A stretch of 64,000 nt of DNA, taken from positions 9,820 through 73,819 of the IMG/VR virus record IMGVR_UViG_3300045988_134583. One strand, written 5' to 3'. Under the pieces are notes generated by a model that worked only from the letters and a program-made list of their open reading frames with translations, searched no databases and was not told where the DNA came from. Made by a program: the position numbers and the translations under genes. This document shows positions 52,038 through 60,000 of this stretch, one piece after another; position 1 is the stretch's first letter; each line of letters begins with the position of its first letter. This DNA comes from a virus.

Positions 52038-52322
52038 CTATCCGGCTGTGCGGGCTTTTCTCTCCGCAGCGTCCTTTTTAAGCTGCTTGTCTGCAATGTG
52101 CAGGGTGTTCTCAATGTTCTTGAGTTTCCGGCGCATAAGCGTTTTTTCCGTGTCCTCCTGCATTGGTTCGGACTGATCGAATATAGAGTCGGAGATATTG
52201 CCCAGAGTGACCGCATAGCCCTTTACGAGCGTTACAAGGGCTTTCATGTTCCGGGCATGTTCCGAGCAGGATCCTTTGTCGTCAAAGGTTACGATGTTGC
52301 CGTTCTTAATGATGATCTTCAC
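52038..52322 (-). CDS. hypothetical protein (94 aa)
   Basis: ORF overlapping the upstream stop by 4 nt. Confidence 0.45.
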   Translation of the reverse strand: MKIIIKNGNIVTFDDKGSCSEHARNMKALVTLVKGYAVTLGNISDSIFDQSEPMQEDTEKTLMRRKLKNIENTLHIADKQLKKDAAERKARTAG

Positions 52323-53116
52323 TGGTTTTTACCTCCCTTAAAAATTGCTTTTCCGTTGATCCTGAAATCTTCGATAATGTTTCTGTAAATCTTGGAGAAA
52401 TGGGCTTTGCCCTGCGGGGTAATCATCGTGCGCTTTCCTACATGGCCTGTAGATGCTTGGAAGTCTTTGAGGACGAAGTAACCGGCGTTCTTATTGGCGT
52501 TAGGTCTGAACTCTCTCGTGCGGCCTGTAGTGCGGTAGATATATTCGCTATCCAGCAGGAGGTTGATAAAGGCGCGTTCCGGAAGTCCTATCTGCTTTGC
52601 GGTGTCCCGGAAGTTGCTGAGGGAAGCATCCGCATGAATGAAGCTATCGTAGTAATCGGCCTTGGGGAGCATCTGCTCGTTCTCGTATTGGAGCGCTGCC
52701 GTTTTCTTCCGTTCTTCCTTTAAGGCGGTAAGGAGCTGGATGCCAAACTCCGGGGAAGCGATCATCTGATCTACTACGTTGGGTGTGATGTATGCACCGT
52801 GCTTGCGGATGGAGGGGATAACCTCGTCGAATACCCAACGCTCGAATTTTTCTGCGGATGGGAGTTTGCTGTGTGCGATAAGACGATAGACATTTCCTTC
52901 TGTAATGAACTTCGCCTGCTGCTCTCTACCCATGCTGTCTATGACTGGGCAAATTGCCCACCCATCTTCCTTGCAGTGCAGCTTTATTGCCTTTGCAGTA
53001 TCTGCATACCCGAGTGCCCTCGCAACATCTGTTCCGCAGAAAAGAATCTGTCCGTTTTTCTCGATCGTTCGTACAGAGCCGAAGTCGTTGTTCTTGAAGA
53101 TTTGAATGTCTACCAT
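52319..53116 (-). CDS. Bro-N domain antirepressor-like protein
   Basis: Start at MVDIQIF behind AAGGAG. FKNNDFGSVRTIEKNGQILFCGTDVARALGY...KLPSAEKFERWVFDEVIPSIRKHG. Confidence 0.8.
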   Translation of the reverse strand: MVDIQIFKNNDFGSVRTIEKNGQILFCGTDVARALGYADTAKAIKLHCKEDGWAICPVIDSMGREQQAKFITEGNVYRLIAHSKLPSAEKFERWVFDEVIPSIRKHGAYITPNVVDQMIASPEFGIQLLTALKEERKKTAALQYENEQMLPKADYYDSFIHADASLSNFRDTAKQIGLPERAFINLLLDSEYIYRTTGRTREFRPNANKNAGYFVLKDFQASTGHVGKRTMITPQGKAHFSKIYRNIIEDFRINGKAIFKGGKNQ

Positions 53117-53130
53117 TGATGCTTCTCCTT

Positions 53131-53268
53131 TTAGTCGTGTGTACACTCCCGCAGTATTTGCAGGATAAAGGCGTTCATCGTCAGTCCTTCATATGCGGCT
53201 TCACTCTTGATAATTTCATAAAGCCAATCCGGAACCGCTATTCCAATTCGTTTCTTGTTCGTCACCAT
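53131..53268 (-). CDS. small RHH (Arc/CopG-like) protein, 45 aa
   Basis: My translation: MVTNKKRIGIAVPDWLYEIIKSEAAYEGLTMNAFILQILRECTHD, behind AGGAGGTG. Below the track cutoff. Confidence 0.5.
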   Translation of the reverse strand: MVTNKKRIGIAVPDWLYEIIKSEAAYEGLTMNAFILQILRECTHD

Positions 53269-53379
53269 TTCGTCACCTCCTGATATCATTATATCGTTGC
53301 GTCACTTTTGCGTCAATACCTTTTTTTGTTTTTATTTTGAGATATAATGGCGCAAAATAGACGCAAGGAGGATTTCACA

Positions 53380-53562
53380 ATGCCGTCAATCATGCCTCGC
53401 TACACTCTGCGTATCTCTAAAATCCTGCTGGACAAGATCGGATATATCGCAGAAGAAAACGGACGCTCCGCCAACCGTGAGATCGAGCTGCTGATAAAGC
53501 AACGTATCAAGGAGTATGAACAAGAGAACGGTGTGATCTCGCCCACTGATTTAGAGCGATAA
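53380..53562 (+). CDS. small RHH (Arc-like) protein, 60 aa
   Basis: Start at the ATG behind AAGGAGG. MPSIMPRYTLRISKILLDKIGYIAEENGRSANREIELLIKQRI. Confidence 0.5.
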   Translation: MPSIMPRYTLRISKILLDKIGYIAEENGRSANREIELLIKQRIKEYEQENGVISPTDLER

Positions 53563-53692
53563 GAATTGTCTGATTCATGGTCATGCCACTTTCTTCCGCT
53601 TTACTGCGGATAAGCGCATCCATTTCATCATTCATCCGGAGCGTCAGCCGAACCCGCCTGGGTTCGGAATTTTTGCATGATTTACCTTTCAT
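53507..53692 (-). CDS. small RHH (MobC/CopG-like) protein, 61 aa
   Basis: RRVRLTLRMNDEMDALIRSKAEESGMTMNQTILIAL. Its 3' end overlaps the convergent 53380..53562 by 56 nt. Confidence 0.45.
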   Translation of the reverse strand: MKGKSCKNSEPRRVRLTLRMNDEMDALIRSKAEESGMTMNQTILIALNQWARSHRSLVHTP

Positions 53693-53763
53693 AGTTATTC
53701 CTTTCCGAATGAAATTGCTGTCCCTAAAAATTCTTCTCTATGCCCTAACACTCCACGTCAGGG

Positions 53764-54186
53764 TTACAATTTAATCAAATCTTTTTTTGCAAGAGATTCT
53801 ATCAGCATAATGACCAGCGCTTGTTCTCTTGCGGGAAGGGAAGAATACAGGGTTACGGCCTCCTGCTCTGCTTTGTTTCGTTCCAAAAATCGTCCGACGC
53901 CATCTAACTCTTCATCAGACAATCCCTTCATTTTGGGAAGGAGAGAAATGGTCTTATCGGAGTACATCTTCGTATCCGCATCTTTTCCGGTAACAAGATA
54001 TTCTACGGAAACTCCGAACACTTTAGCCGCCGTTACCAGCTTATCTCCCGTAGGAGAATTGTTAGCCCATCTGGTGAAAGTGTTTTTGCCGAAGCCGCAC
54101 ATTCTTTCTGCGGCAGACAAGGACATGCCTCTTTCTGCACACAAACCTTCGATACGCTTTTTCAATCCGGTATTTCCTGCCTGCAT
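53764..54186 (-). CDS. XRE-family switch regulator (140 aa; Cro/CI-type)
   Basis: Start at MQAGNTG behind GGAGG. LKKRIEGLCAERGMSLSAAERMCGFGKNTFTRWANN. Divergent from 54340..54666. Confidence 0.7.
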   Translation of the reverse strand: MQAGNTGLKKRIEGLCAERGMSLSAAERMCGFGKNTFTRWANNSPTGDKLVTAAKVFGVSVEYLVTGKDADTKMYSDKTISLLPKMKGLSDEELDGVGRFLERNKAEQEAVTLYSSLPAREQALVIMLIESLAKKDLIKL

Positions 54187-54257
54187 ATAAATCCTCCAAA
54201 TAAAGTATTGCAAAAATCATCCTTATGTGGTACGCTAATTATATAAACCCGCGAACC

Positions 54258-54298
54258 ATCCATACGGATTATGAGAATATAATAACATCCAAACGGAT
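54258..54298. promoter_or_regulatory. putative operator pair in divergent switch region
   Basis: ATCCATACGGAT (54258) and ATCCAAACGGAT (54287) are ATCC-N4-GGAT inverted repeats 29 nt apart. A weaker third copy, ATCCTTATGTGG, lies near 54218. Confidence 0.4.
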
Positions 54299-54339
54299 AA
54301 TTGTAAAGAGGAAAACGGCAAGGAAAGAATGAACATTTT

Positions 54340-54666
54340 ATGAACGATATTTTGGAGAGAGTGAAATTACTCTGTAAGGAAAAAGGAATAACCGTTAAGA
54401 CCCTTACGGAAGAAGTGGGGGTATCTTATAATGCGGTCTATAAGTGGAGAGTTCAAACGCCAGATTCAGCTATCATAGTAAAAATGGCGGAAGCGCTCGG
54501 AACCACTACAGATTATATCTTAACCGGAAAGGATGGAGAAGCAAGAAAGTATTCGGACGATGTTCTAAAAATCCTCCCTCTTCTGGAAAAGATGAACGAA
54601 ACAGAGTTGTCTACGGTTCTGTCTATGGCGGAACTTCTGACTGGGAAAAAAGAAGATAAAAAGTAA
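54340..54666 (+). CDS. XRE-family switch regulator (108 aa; CI-like by orientation with int)
   Basis: LERVKLLCKEKGITVKTLTEEVGVSYNAVYKWRVQ. The C-terminal tail is paralogous to that of 53764..54186 (K.YSD..L..LP.M...EL). Confidence 0.7.
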   Translation: MNDILERVKLLCKEKGITVKTLTEEVGVSYNAVYKWRVQTPDSAIIVKMAEALGTTTDYILTGKDGEARKYSDDVLKILPLLEKMNETELSTVLSMAELLTGKKEDKK

Positions 54667-54748
54667 GCCCCTTCCTACTCGGTGGGGCTTACTTATATGG
54701 AGGGAAGCACTATGGAGGAATCAATTTTGAGAGGGGGTTAAGGTGCGG

Positions 54749-54949
54749 TTAGATGTACTCTTCCATCCCCAGAGCGTTGAGAATTTCTTCGCATGTACCG
54801 TTTACAATTATTGGAAAAATCTCGGCTCTTTCCGGAGTTGACATGTGAACGTACTTTGCAAGGAAAACGGAAAAGCGCTCCCTCTGCTCTGCCGTCATGT
54901 GCACGATTAAATCCAAGATACCATCGATTGCTTCTGCCGTTCGATCCAT
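54749..54949 (-). CDS. hypothetical protein (66 aa)
   Basis: Isolated minus-strand ORF within the lysogeny module. Confidence 0.4.
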   Translation of the reverse strand: MDRTAEAIDGILDLIVHMTAEQRERFSVFLAKYVHMSTPERAEIFPIIVNGTCEEILNALGMEEYI

Positions 54950-55300
54950 TTATTCAATCCCTTTCTTTGGGTAATGTCCGTGCCGTTCGTTACATACGAA
55001 CAAAAGTACGTATTGATATTTTAGCACAATCTGAGAAAGATGCAATAGCTTTTTGCCGATCAGATTTGTATATTAAAACCTTAGCATGAAGTGTAGCGCA
55101 AAGTAAAGGGTGTTTTTAAGTGTTATATAACGGCAGGAAGCGCAGGGTAAGCAGCTACGCTTCCCACCTCCACCCGGTATGGTGTGTGGTTTCACCGGGC
55201 TTGTCTGCATTATTGCACACTTGCCCAAGAAGTACAATACGCAGTAGTGCGAATTTTGCTTCATCTTCGCAAATATGCAGATCAAGAAGGGAGTTCAAAC

Positions 55301-55804
55301 GTGAATCAGGACAAAATCCGAAAAGAATGCCGACGGTCAAAGAAGGTACTCGGCCTGTCGAACAAGGAAGTAGCCGATGCAACGAACGTTCCGAAGGGCA
55401 CTGTGGACAGATTCTTCGGTGCTACAGACTGCAACTTCACTTCTGCTACCATCGAACCTATCGAAGAATATTTGAAGAGCAAGATGCAGACAGAGCAAGC
55501 GGAGGGCGCAGAGGATGCTTCCTCTATGCAGGAAATGTACGAGAGGATTCTGGGTGAGAAAGAAGATCATAATAAGTCCCTTGCAGATAGGCTGGGAGTA
55601 TCCGACCAGCACCTCGACGTAGCCCTATCCCAGTTGGAAGCGGTTCAGGCGCAATTAAGCGATACAAGGGAGAAACTGGAAAAGATAGAGCGGGAAAGCA
55701 GAATAAAGGACAAGATTATAATCGGGCTTCTCCTTCTCGCCTTGATCGTTTTAATTATTGACTTTGCAAACCCGAACGAAGGGTGGATGCATCTATTCTG
55801 GTAA
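55301..55804 (+). CDS. membrane-anchored HTH protein (167 aa)
   Basis: GTG start behind GAAGGGAG. KKVLGLSNKEVADATNVPKGTVDRFF HTH, a coiled coil, then a C-terminal TM helix IIIGLLLLALIVLIIDF. Confidence 0.55.
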   Translation: MNQDKIRKECRRSKKVLGLSNKEVADATNVPKGTVDRFFGATDCNFTSATIEPIEEYLKSKMQTEQAEGAEDASSMQEMYERILGEKEDHNKSLADRLGVSDQHLDVALSQLEAVQAQLSDTREKLEKIERESRIKDKIIIGLLLLALIVLIIDFANPNEGWMHLFW

Positions 55805-55816
55805 AGGAGGAAAATT

Positions 55817-56890
55817 ATGGCTAAAAATAAGAAAGGAAAGATACCCACGATAATAGAACTGCCATCCGGGTCTTACAGGATGCAGGCATGGGACAATGCG
55901 GCTAAGAGAAAAGTTTCGTTTGTCGCCGACGATTGCGAAACCGTTATGCGTGAATACCTCGAATGGCGGATGGCACAAAGCAGAAAGATTGATGTGGGAA
56001 TAACCGTAGGGGAAGCGGTAGACCGTTATATCAATGCAAAAAGAGGAACATTGGCTCCATCTACCATAGAAGGATACGAAAACAAGCGAAGAAACTCCTT
56101 TAAGAGTCTTATGGATTTACCATGCAAAAAACTGACGCCGGAGATAGTGCAGGCAGCTATAAGCGCCGAGAAAACAAGGATATCATACAAATCAAAGGCC
56201 GCCATGTCCAGCAAAACAGTTAAGAACGCCTATGCACTCATAGAATCTGCATTGAAGATGCAGAATATAACTCTGCCGGACGTGACGCTTCCGGAGGAAA
56301 CGAAGCGGATTGTGGAATTGCCGGAAGCATCGGAAGTCCTGGCTGCCATCGTAGGAACAAAGTCAGAACTTCCTGCCCTGCTTGCCATGTGGTTATCTCT
56401 TTCCATGTCAGAGGTAAGAGGAATACAGGTGGATGCAATAAAGAATGGATACCTAACCATAAAAGAGAGCAGAATCCGGGTCGGCGGCGTAGATATGAAA
56501 AAGAATTGCTGCAAAGAGTTTGAGCGGACGAGAAAGCTGCAAATACCAGACAGAATCATGCACCTTATAGAAGAAACCGAGGCATGGAAAAATCAGTCTG
56601 GGTACATCGTCCCCGAAAGTGGCAAGGTCATATGGCAGAACTTCACAAATGCGTTAAAGAAGGCAGGAGTGCAGCATATGCGTTTTCATGATCTTCGTCA
56701 TATGAACGCATCCATAATGACTTACCTGAATATACCGGAACGTTATGCAATGGAAAGAGGCGGTTGGAAAAGGCCAGACACGCTCCGGAAAGTGTATCAG
56801 CATACATTTTCAAAAGAACGTGTGCAGGTAGACAACAGTGTGGATGAATTTATGAACGGGCTGTTTGACGATCTTGAGAAGAACAAATAA
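55817..56890 (+). CDS. int: tyrosine integrase
   Basis: AAAGGAGG RBS. ...MRFHDLRHMNASIMTYLNIPERYAMERGGWKRPDTLRKVYQH carries the catalytic H-x-x-R ... Y. Confidence 0.85.
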   Translation: MAKNKKGKIPTIIELPSGSYRMQAWDNAAKRKVSFVADDCETVMREYLEWRMAQSRKIDVGITVGEAVDRYINAKRGTLAPSTIEGYENKRRNSFKSLMDLPCKKLTPEIVQAAISAEKTRISYKSKAAMSSKTVKNAYALIESALKMQNITLPDVTLPEETKRIVELPEASEVLAAIVGTKSELPALLAMWLSLSMSEVRGIQVDAIKNGYLTIKESRIRVGGVDMKKNCCKEFERTRKLQIPDRIMHLIEETEAWKNQSGYIVPESGKVIWQNFTNALKKAGVQHMRFHDLRHMNASIMTYLNIPERYAMERGGWKRPDTLRKVYQHTFSKERVQVDNSVDEFMNGLFDDLEKNK

Positions 56891-56911
56891 ATTTCTCATT
56901 TGAGGAAACTT

Positions 56912-57154
56912 TCATGGGAAATTTCGTGGGAAAAAACATTTCCAAGTATGTCGTAAATCGGTACTGAAATGGCAAAAATACGACAAAATTGTCAAAACGA
57001 ACCAGAAAATAAGCCCGAAAACGTCTATAAAAACAAGAAAAAGTGCCCGCAAACAGGCACTTTTTCTATTTGGTGGAGGTGAGGGGAGTCGAACCCATCA
57101 CCAATTACCTAAATATCTATGTTTTTTAAGCATCATGGGAAATTTTGTGGGAAA
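56912..57154. other. attP-like site: tRNA 3'-end core flanked by arm-type repeats
   Basis: TCATGGGAAATTT(C/T)GTGGGAAA occurs at 56912 and 57133. The core at 57071-57096 is the reverse complement of GGGTTCGACTCCCCTCACCTCCACCA (T arm + acceptor 3' strand + CCA). Confidence 0.55.
57037..57066. terminator. hairpin terminator abutting the tRNA 3' fragment
   Basis: AAAAAGTGCC-cgcaaaca-GGCACTTTTT lies directly downstream (minus sense) of the ...ACCA end. Confidence 0.6.
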
Positions 57155-57167
57155 TAAAACTGGTCTA

Positions 57168-57584
57168 TTAGAACGGTATATCTCCGCTCTCAATGTCCTC
57201 AAAACCACACATATCGGACTGCCCCGCTCTGCCGCCTGAGACAATTCCGCCTTCTTCAACGCCTCTGGCAATGGATATTTCGTCAACATTCATGCTGTAG
57301 CCGACCCTCGTCTGTCCGTCCTTTTCGTATGTATAAATGGTGGGAGAACCACACATACTGACATGCAGACCCTTCTCTGCGTATGCAACAACATACTCGG
57401 CCAGTCTGCCGAACGCACAGCAGTTTATGAATGCGGATTTCCGCTTCCCGTCTGCCGTAAGACTTTTTTTACCGGTGTAGGGAAGCTTTGCATGGACAGT
57501 GAATTTGACCCCAACAAAATCTCCGTTTGTTTCCATTGTCTCGGGCGTATTGAAGATGTAACCGTCACAAAATAATTTGAACAT
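57168..57584 (-). CDS. ssb: single-stranded DNA-binding protein
   Basis: OB-fold pattern (INCCAFGRLAEYVVAYAEKGLHVSMCGS...YEKDGQTRV), a Gly-rich linker and the C-terminal acidic tip ...DIESGDIPF. Confidence 0.8.
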   Translation of the reverse strand: MFKLFCDGYIFNTPETMETNGDFVGVKFTVHAKLPYTGKKSLTADGKRKSAFINCCAFGRLAEYVVAYAEKGLHVSMCGSPTIYTYEKDGQTRVGYSMNVDEISIARGVEEGGIVSGGRAGQSDMCGFEDIESGDIPF

Positions 57585-57620
57585 ATATGTTTCCTTTCCA
57601 GGCGGTGCTACCGCCATAAC

Positions 57621-57893
57621 TTAATTTACCGCTTTCTGTTTTCGTGCTTCGGACAGGAAGCTACTTAGAATCCTATCAAGCTCTGCGTCCTTCTGACGCT
57701 TGCGCTCGGCGGATGCTTCTCTGCGTCGCTGTTTTGTGCGCTCTCGGTTCCTTCCCTTACGTTCTTCCTCGCTTTGGGTGGCAAGGTCTGTTTCCAGAGC
57801 GTTTTTATATGGATCCTGTGCTATGCACTCAGAATATGGACAGGTGAAGCAATCATCGTGTAGGCAGGTTTCGTATTTTACTTCTTTTTCCAT
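57621..57893 (-). CDS. hypothetical Cys-rich/basic protein (90 aa)
   Basis: ORF with a C..C...C N-terminus and an Arg/Lys-rich C-terminus. Confidence 0.5.
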   Translation of the reverse strand: MEKEVKYETCLHDDCFTCPYSECIAQDPYKNALETDLATQSEEERKGRNRERTKQRRREASAERKRQKDAELDRILSSFLSEARKQKAVN

Positions 57894-58009
57894 TTATATA
57901 TCCTCTTTTGATACGCAGATGTGAGTTCATTCATTTATGTATGCCGGATTTCCGTTGAATTGTTGTCATCGCAAGTGGGGATGATTTCAACTGCTTGCGT
58001 CCAAACATA

Positions 58010-58738
58010 TTATATTGCCCCGTACCTTCTGAGGAAATATTCCAGCCCCCGTTGCGTGACGTATGTAGTGCTCCGGATCTCCACTTCTCCGTTATGGAGG
58101 TACTTGCTTTGCTTCACTTCCATCAGCCCCATATCCAAAGAATCCTGCGTGGGAAGGTTTTTAGTCGGGCCTGCCTTGCAAATATACCCATCGTTGCGCA
58201 GGAGAGAGAAAAGCCGGTTACGTCCAATTTTAACGCCGTTGGAGGAAAGATAGGCGGACAGCTCCTTAACCTGCATTACAGACTTTGTATCCCGAACTGC
58301 ATCGTAATACTCGGCTTTAGGGAGCATTTCCCGGTTCTTCTCCTGCAAGGCCAGTCTTTCTTCCTCGCTTGCAACAAGGGCTTTCAAGGCGGATATATAG
58401 TCATGCGGAAGCATTGTGTAGCTTCCGGTTTTACGGATGCTGGGAATAACGTCATGGGTGATCCAGCGCTTAAAGGCTTTTGCTTCGGGCTTGCGGGAAC
58501 CAAGGATCAAGGTATATAGTCCGGGTTCGTTCACCACGTTTACCGGAAGCCCGTTGCTGGCACCCTCGATTGAAACGAGGGTGCGCTCGTCGGCATCCAG
58601 ACGGCGCATAGCATCGGTGGGATTCCCAATCTCCAACGCCTTGCATACGTCAGCCGCTACAAACCAAGGTTCACCGTCAATTACAGTCACTCTAACATCA
58701 CCGAATTTTTCGTTTTTGTACAGCTGAATATCTGCCAT
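58010..58738 (-). CDS. Bro-N + KilAC-type antirepressor
   Basis: LYKNEKFGDVRVTVIDGEPWFVAADVCKALEI...NEPGLYTLILGSRKPEAKAFKRWITHDVIP. C-terminus MQVKELSAYLSSNGVKIGRNRLFSLLRNDGYI. Confidence 0.8.
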   Translation of the reverse strand: MADIQLYKNEKFGDVRVTVIDGEPWFVAADVCKALEIGNPTDAMRRLDADERTLVSIEGASNGLPVNVVNEPGLYTLILGSRKPEAKAFKRWITHDVIPSIRKTGSYTMLPHDYISALKALVASEEERLALQEKNREMLPKAEYYDAVRDTKSVMQVKELSAYLSSNGVKIGRNRLFSLLRNDGYICKAGPTKNLPTQDSLDMGLMEVKQSKYLHNGEVEIRSTTYVTQRGLEYFLRRYGAI

Positions 58739-58755
58739 TGTTGTGTTTTCCTTTC

Positions 58756-58791
58756 TTATCTGTTTTCTTATCTGTTTTCTTATCTGTTTTC
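58756..58791. repeat. 3 perfect tandem copies of a 12-nt unit
   Basis: TTATCTGTTTTC x3. On the minus strand this is GAAAACAGATAA x3, and the first copy supplies the stop codon of 58780..59169. Confidence 0.8.
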
Positions 58792-59169
58792 TTCGCTCTC
58801 AACCGGCTCAAACGCTGCTGTTTTCTTTCCTTCCCTTGACGGTATATCTATCAGTTCCGGATGCTTTAGCTCCATCTGGATAGCCCAGAGGATGTTCCAT
58901 GCAGCGGCTACAAGATGCGGTTCGTCGTCCATCCCGTCCATATACTTTGCAAGGTGACGAATCCCAGAATCCAATAGAGAATGAAGGACAATTCCCTTGT
59001 CTACATTGTGCTCTCCGTATTTAATGGCACCCTGTTCGCAGTGCTGGGAAATCCGGATTATTGCCGCCCAAGGAGTAAGATCCATTCTCCCCTTCCCCTG
59101 ATGCATGTCCCTCTTTGCTCCGGTGGAAAACACTGTTCTTTCGCCTGAATCCTTTATCTCCGTTCCCAT
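58780..59169 (-). CDS. all-alpha NTP pyrophosphohydrolase-like protein (dATP/dGTP diphosphohydrolase N-domain / DUF5664-like)
   Basis: KDSGERTVFSTGAKRDMHQGKGRMDLTPWAAIIRISQHCEQGAIKYGEHNVDKG...RHLAKY..G.DDEPHLVAAAWNILWA matches my memory of that family. Start set behind AAGGAGG. Confidence 0.55.
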   Translation of the reverse strand: MGTEIKDSGERTVFSTGAKRDMHQGKGRMDLTPWAAIIRISQHCEQGAIKYGEHNVDKGIVLHSLLDSGIRHLAKYMDGMDDEPHLVAAAWNILWAIQMELKHPELIDIPSREGKKTAAFEPVESEENR

Positions 59170-59426
59170 TGCCCCTCCTTTTGTTCCTGCCCAAGCCACC
59201 ACCTTATAGGGTCGCCGTGTGGGCACTTACCGTCCAAAAAATCGCATTCCTTTAATGCAAGCTGTTTTCCTTGTACTACTTCATCTGTAATGACTACAGT
59301 AGGGCATACCTCGCATAGATCGCCCAGCTGGTCGCTCCAAGGCTCCATATCGCAGTAGGCGATCTTTTCTATGATGTCCCGCAGAGTTTCTGGATCGCAT
59401 TTCTGAATGTACTCGTAATTCGTCAT
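59154..59426 (-). CDS. hypothetical protein (90 aa)
   Basis: ORF in the operon, Cys-containing. Confidence 0.45.
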   Translation of the reverse strand: MTNYEYIQKCDPETLRDIIEKIAYCDMEPWSDQLGDLCEVCPTVVITDEVVQGKQLALKECDFLDGKCPHGDPIRWWLGQEQKEGQWERR

Positions 59427-59448
59427 TCGCCCTTTTTATCTTTCCTTT

Positions 59449-60000
59449 CTAACTTTCGTATTTGAAGGTGAATCCTCTGTTTTTTCCGCCTTTTCCTCCG
59501 CTTTTACATATCTTCGATATGTTTGCACGGGTGTAAAAGTTCGCATCAGCGGCCTCCTGCGTCCCTTTATACACATCCAGGACTTCCCCGGTTTCGTAAT
59601 CGATTTTCAGGACAACTCGCTTCTTTGCTTCCAGCATCTTACGGCTGCGCTCTTTTGCGGACTCGAAACCGATGTTTTTCTCTACGTTGCAGGTTTTTGA
59701 GCCGTTTATGTTGCAGACGGAGTATCCTTCGGGAACTCCGCCCAGAAAAGCGTCCGCTACAAGGCGGGAAACAAGGATGAAGTGATATTTCCCATCCAAA
59801 CCCATAAGCGCAACACCGTAGGAGCTTGTCCAGTTGCGTTGGTGTTTATAAAACGGAGTAAGGATCCTGTATCCTGTTTTGTGCAGTCTGCGAACCTGTC
59901 CCATTCTGTTGACCTGATAGTAAGTCTGGATGCCGTCCATCTTTACGTCCGTCCAACCGTGGAAATCGTTTTTATCTTTTCTAAGCGGCTTAACTCCCAT
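59449..60000 (-). CDS. NUMOD4/HNH-homing-endonuclease-like protein with degenerate HNH
   Basis: GWTDV...YYQVNRMGQVRRL is NUMOD4-like. SRLVADAFLGGVPEGYSVCNINGSKTCNVEKNI sits where HNH_3 has V.H.DG...NN. The C-terminus is NUMOD1-like (IDYETGEVLDVYKGTQEAA). Confidence 0.45.
   Translation of the reverse strand: MGVKPLRKDKNDFHGWTDVKMDGIQTYYQVNRMGQVRRLHKTGYRILTPFYKHQRNWTSSYGVALMGLDGKYHFILVSRLVADAFLGGVPEGYSVCNINGSKTCNVEKNIGFESAKERSRKMLEAKKRVVLKIDYETGEVLDVYKGTQEAADANFYTRANISKICKSGGKGGKNRGFTFKYES

Noticed and set aside
57071-57096. A tRNA gene at this position.
   Set aside because: Only the T arm, 3' acceptor strand and CCA are present (26 nt). The sequence beyond is not tRNA-like. It was treated as an attP core rather than a tRNA or pseudogene feature.
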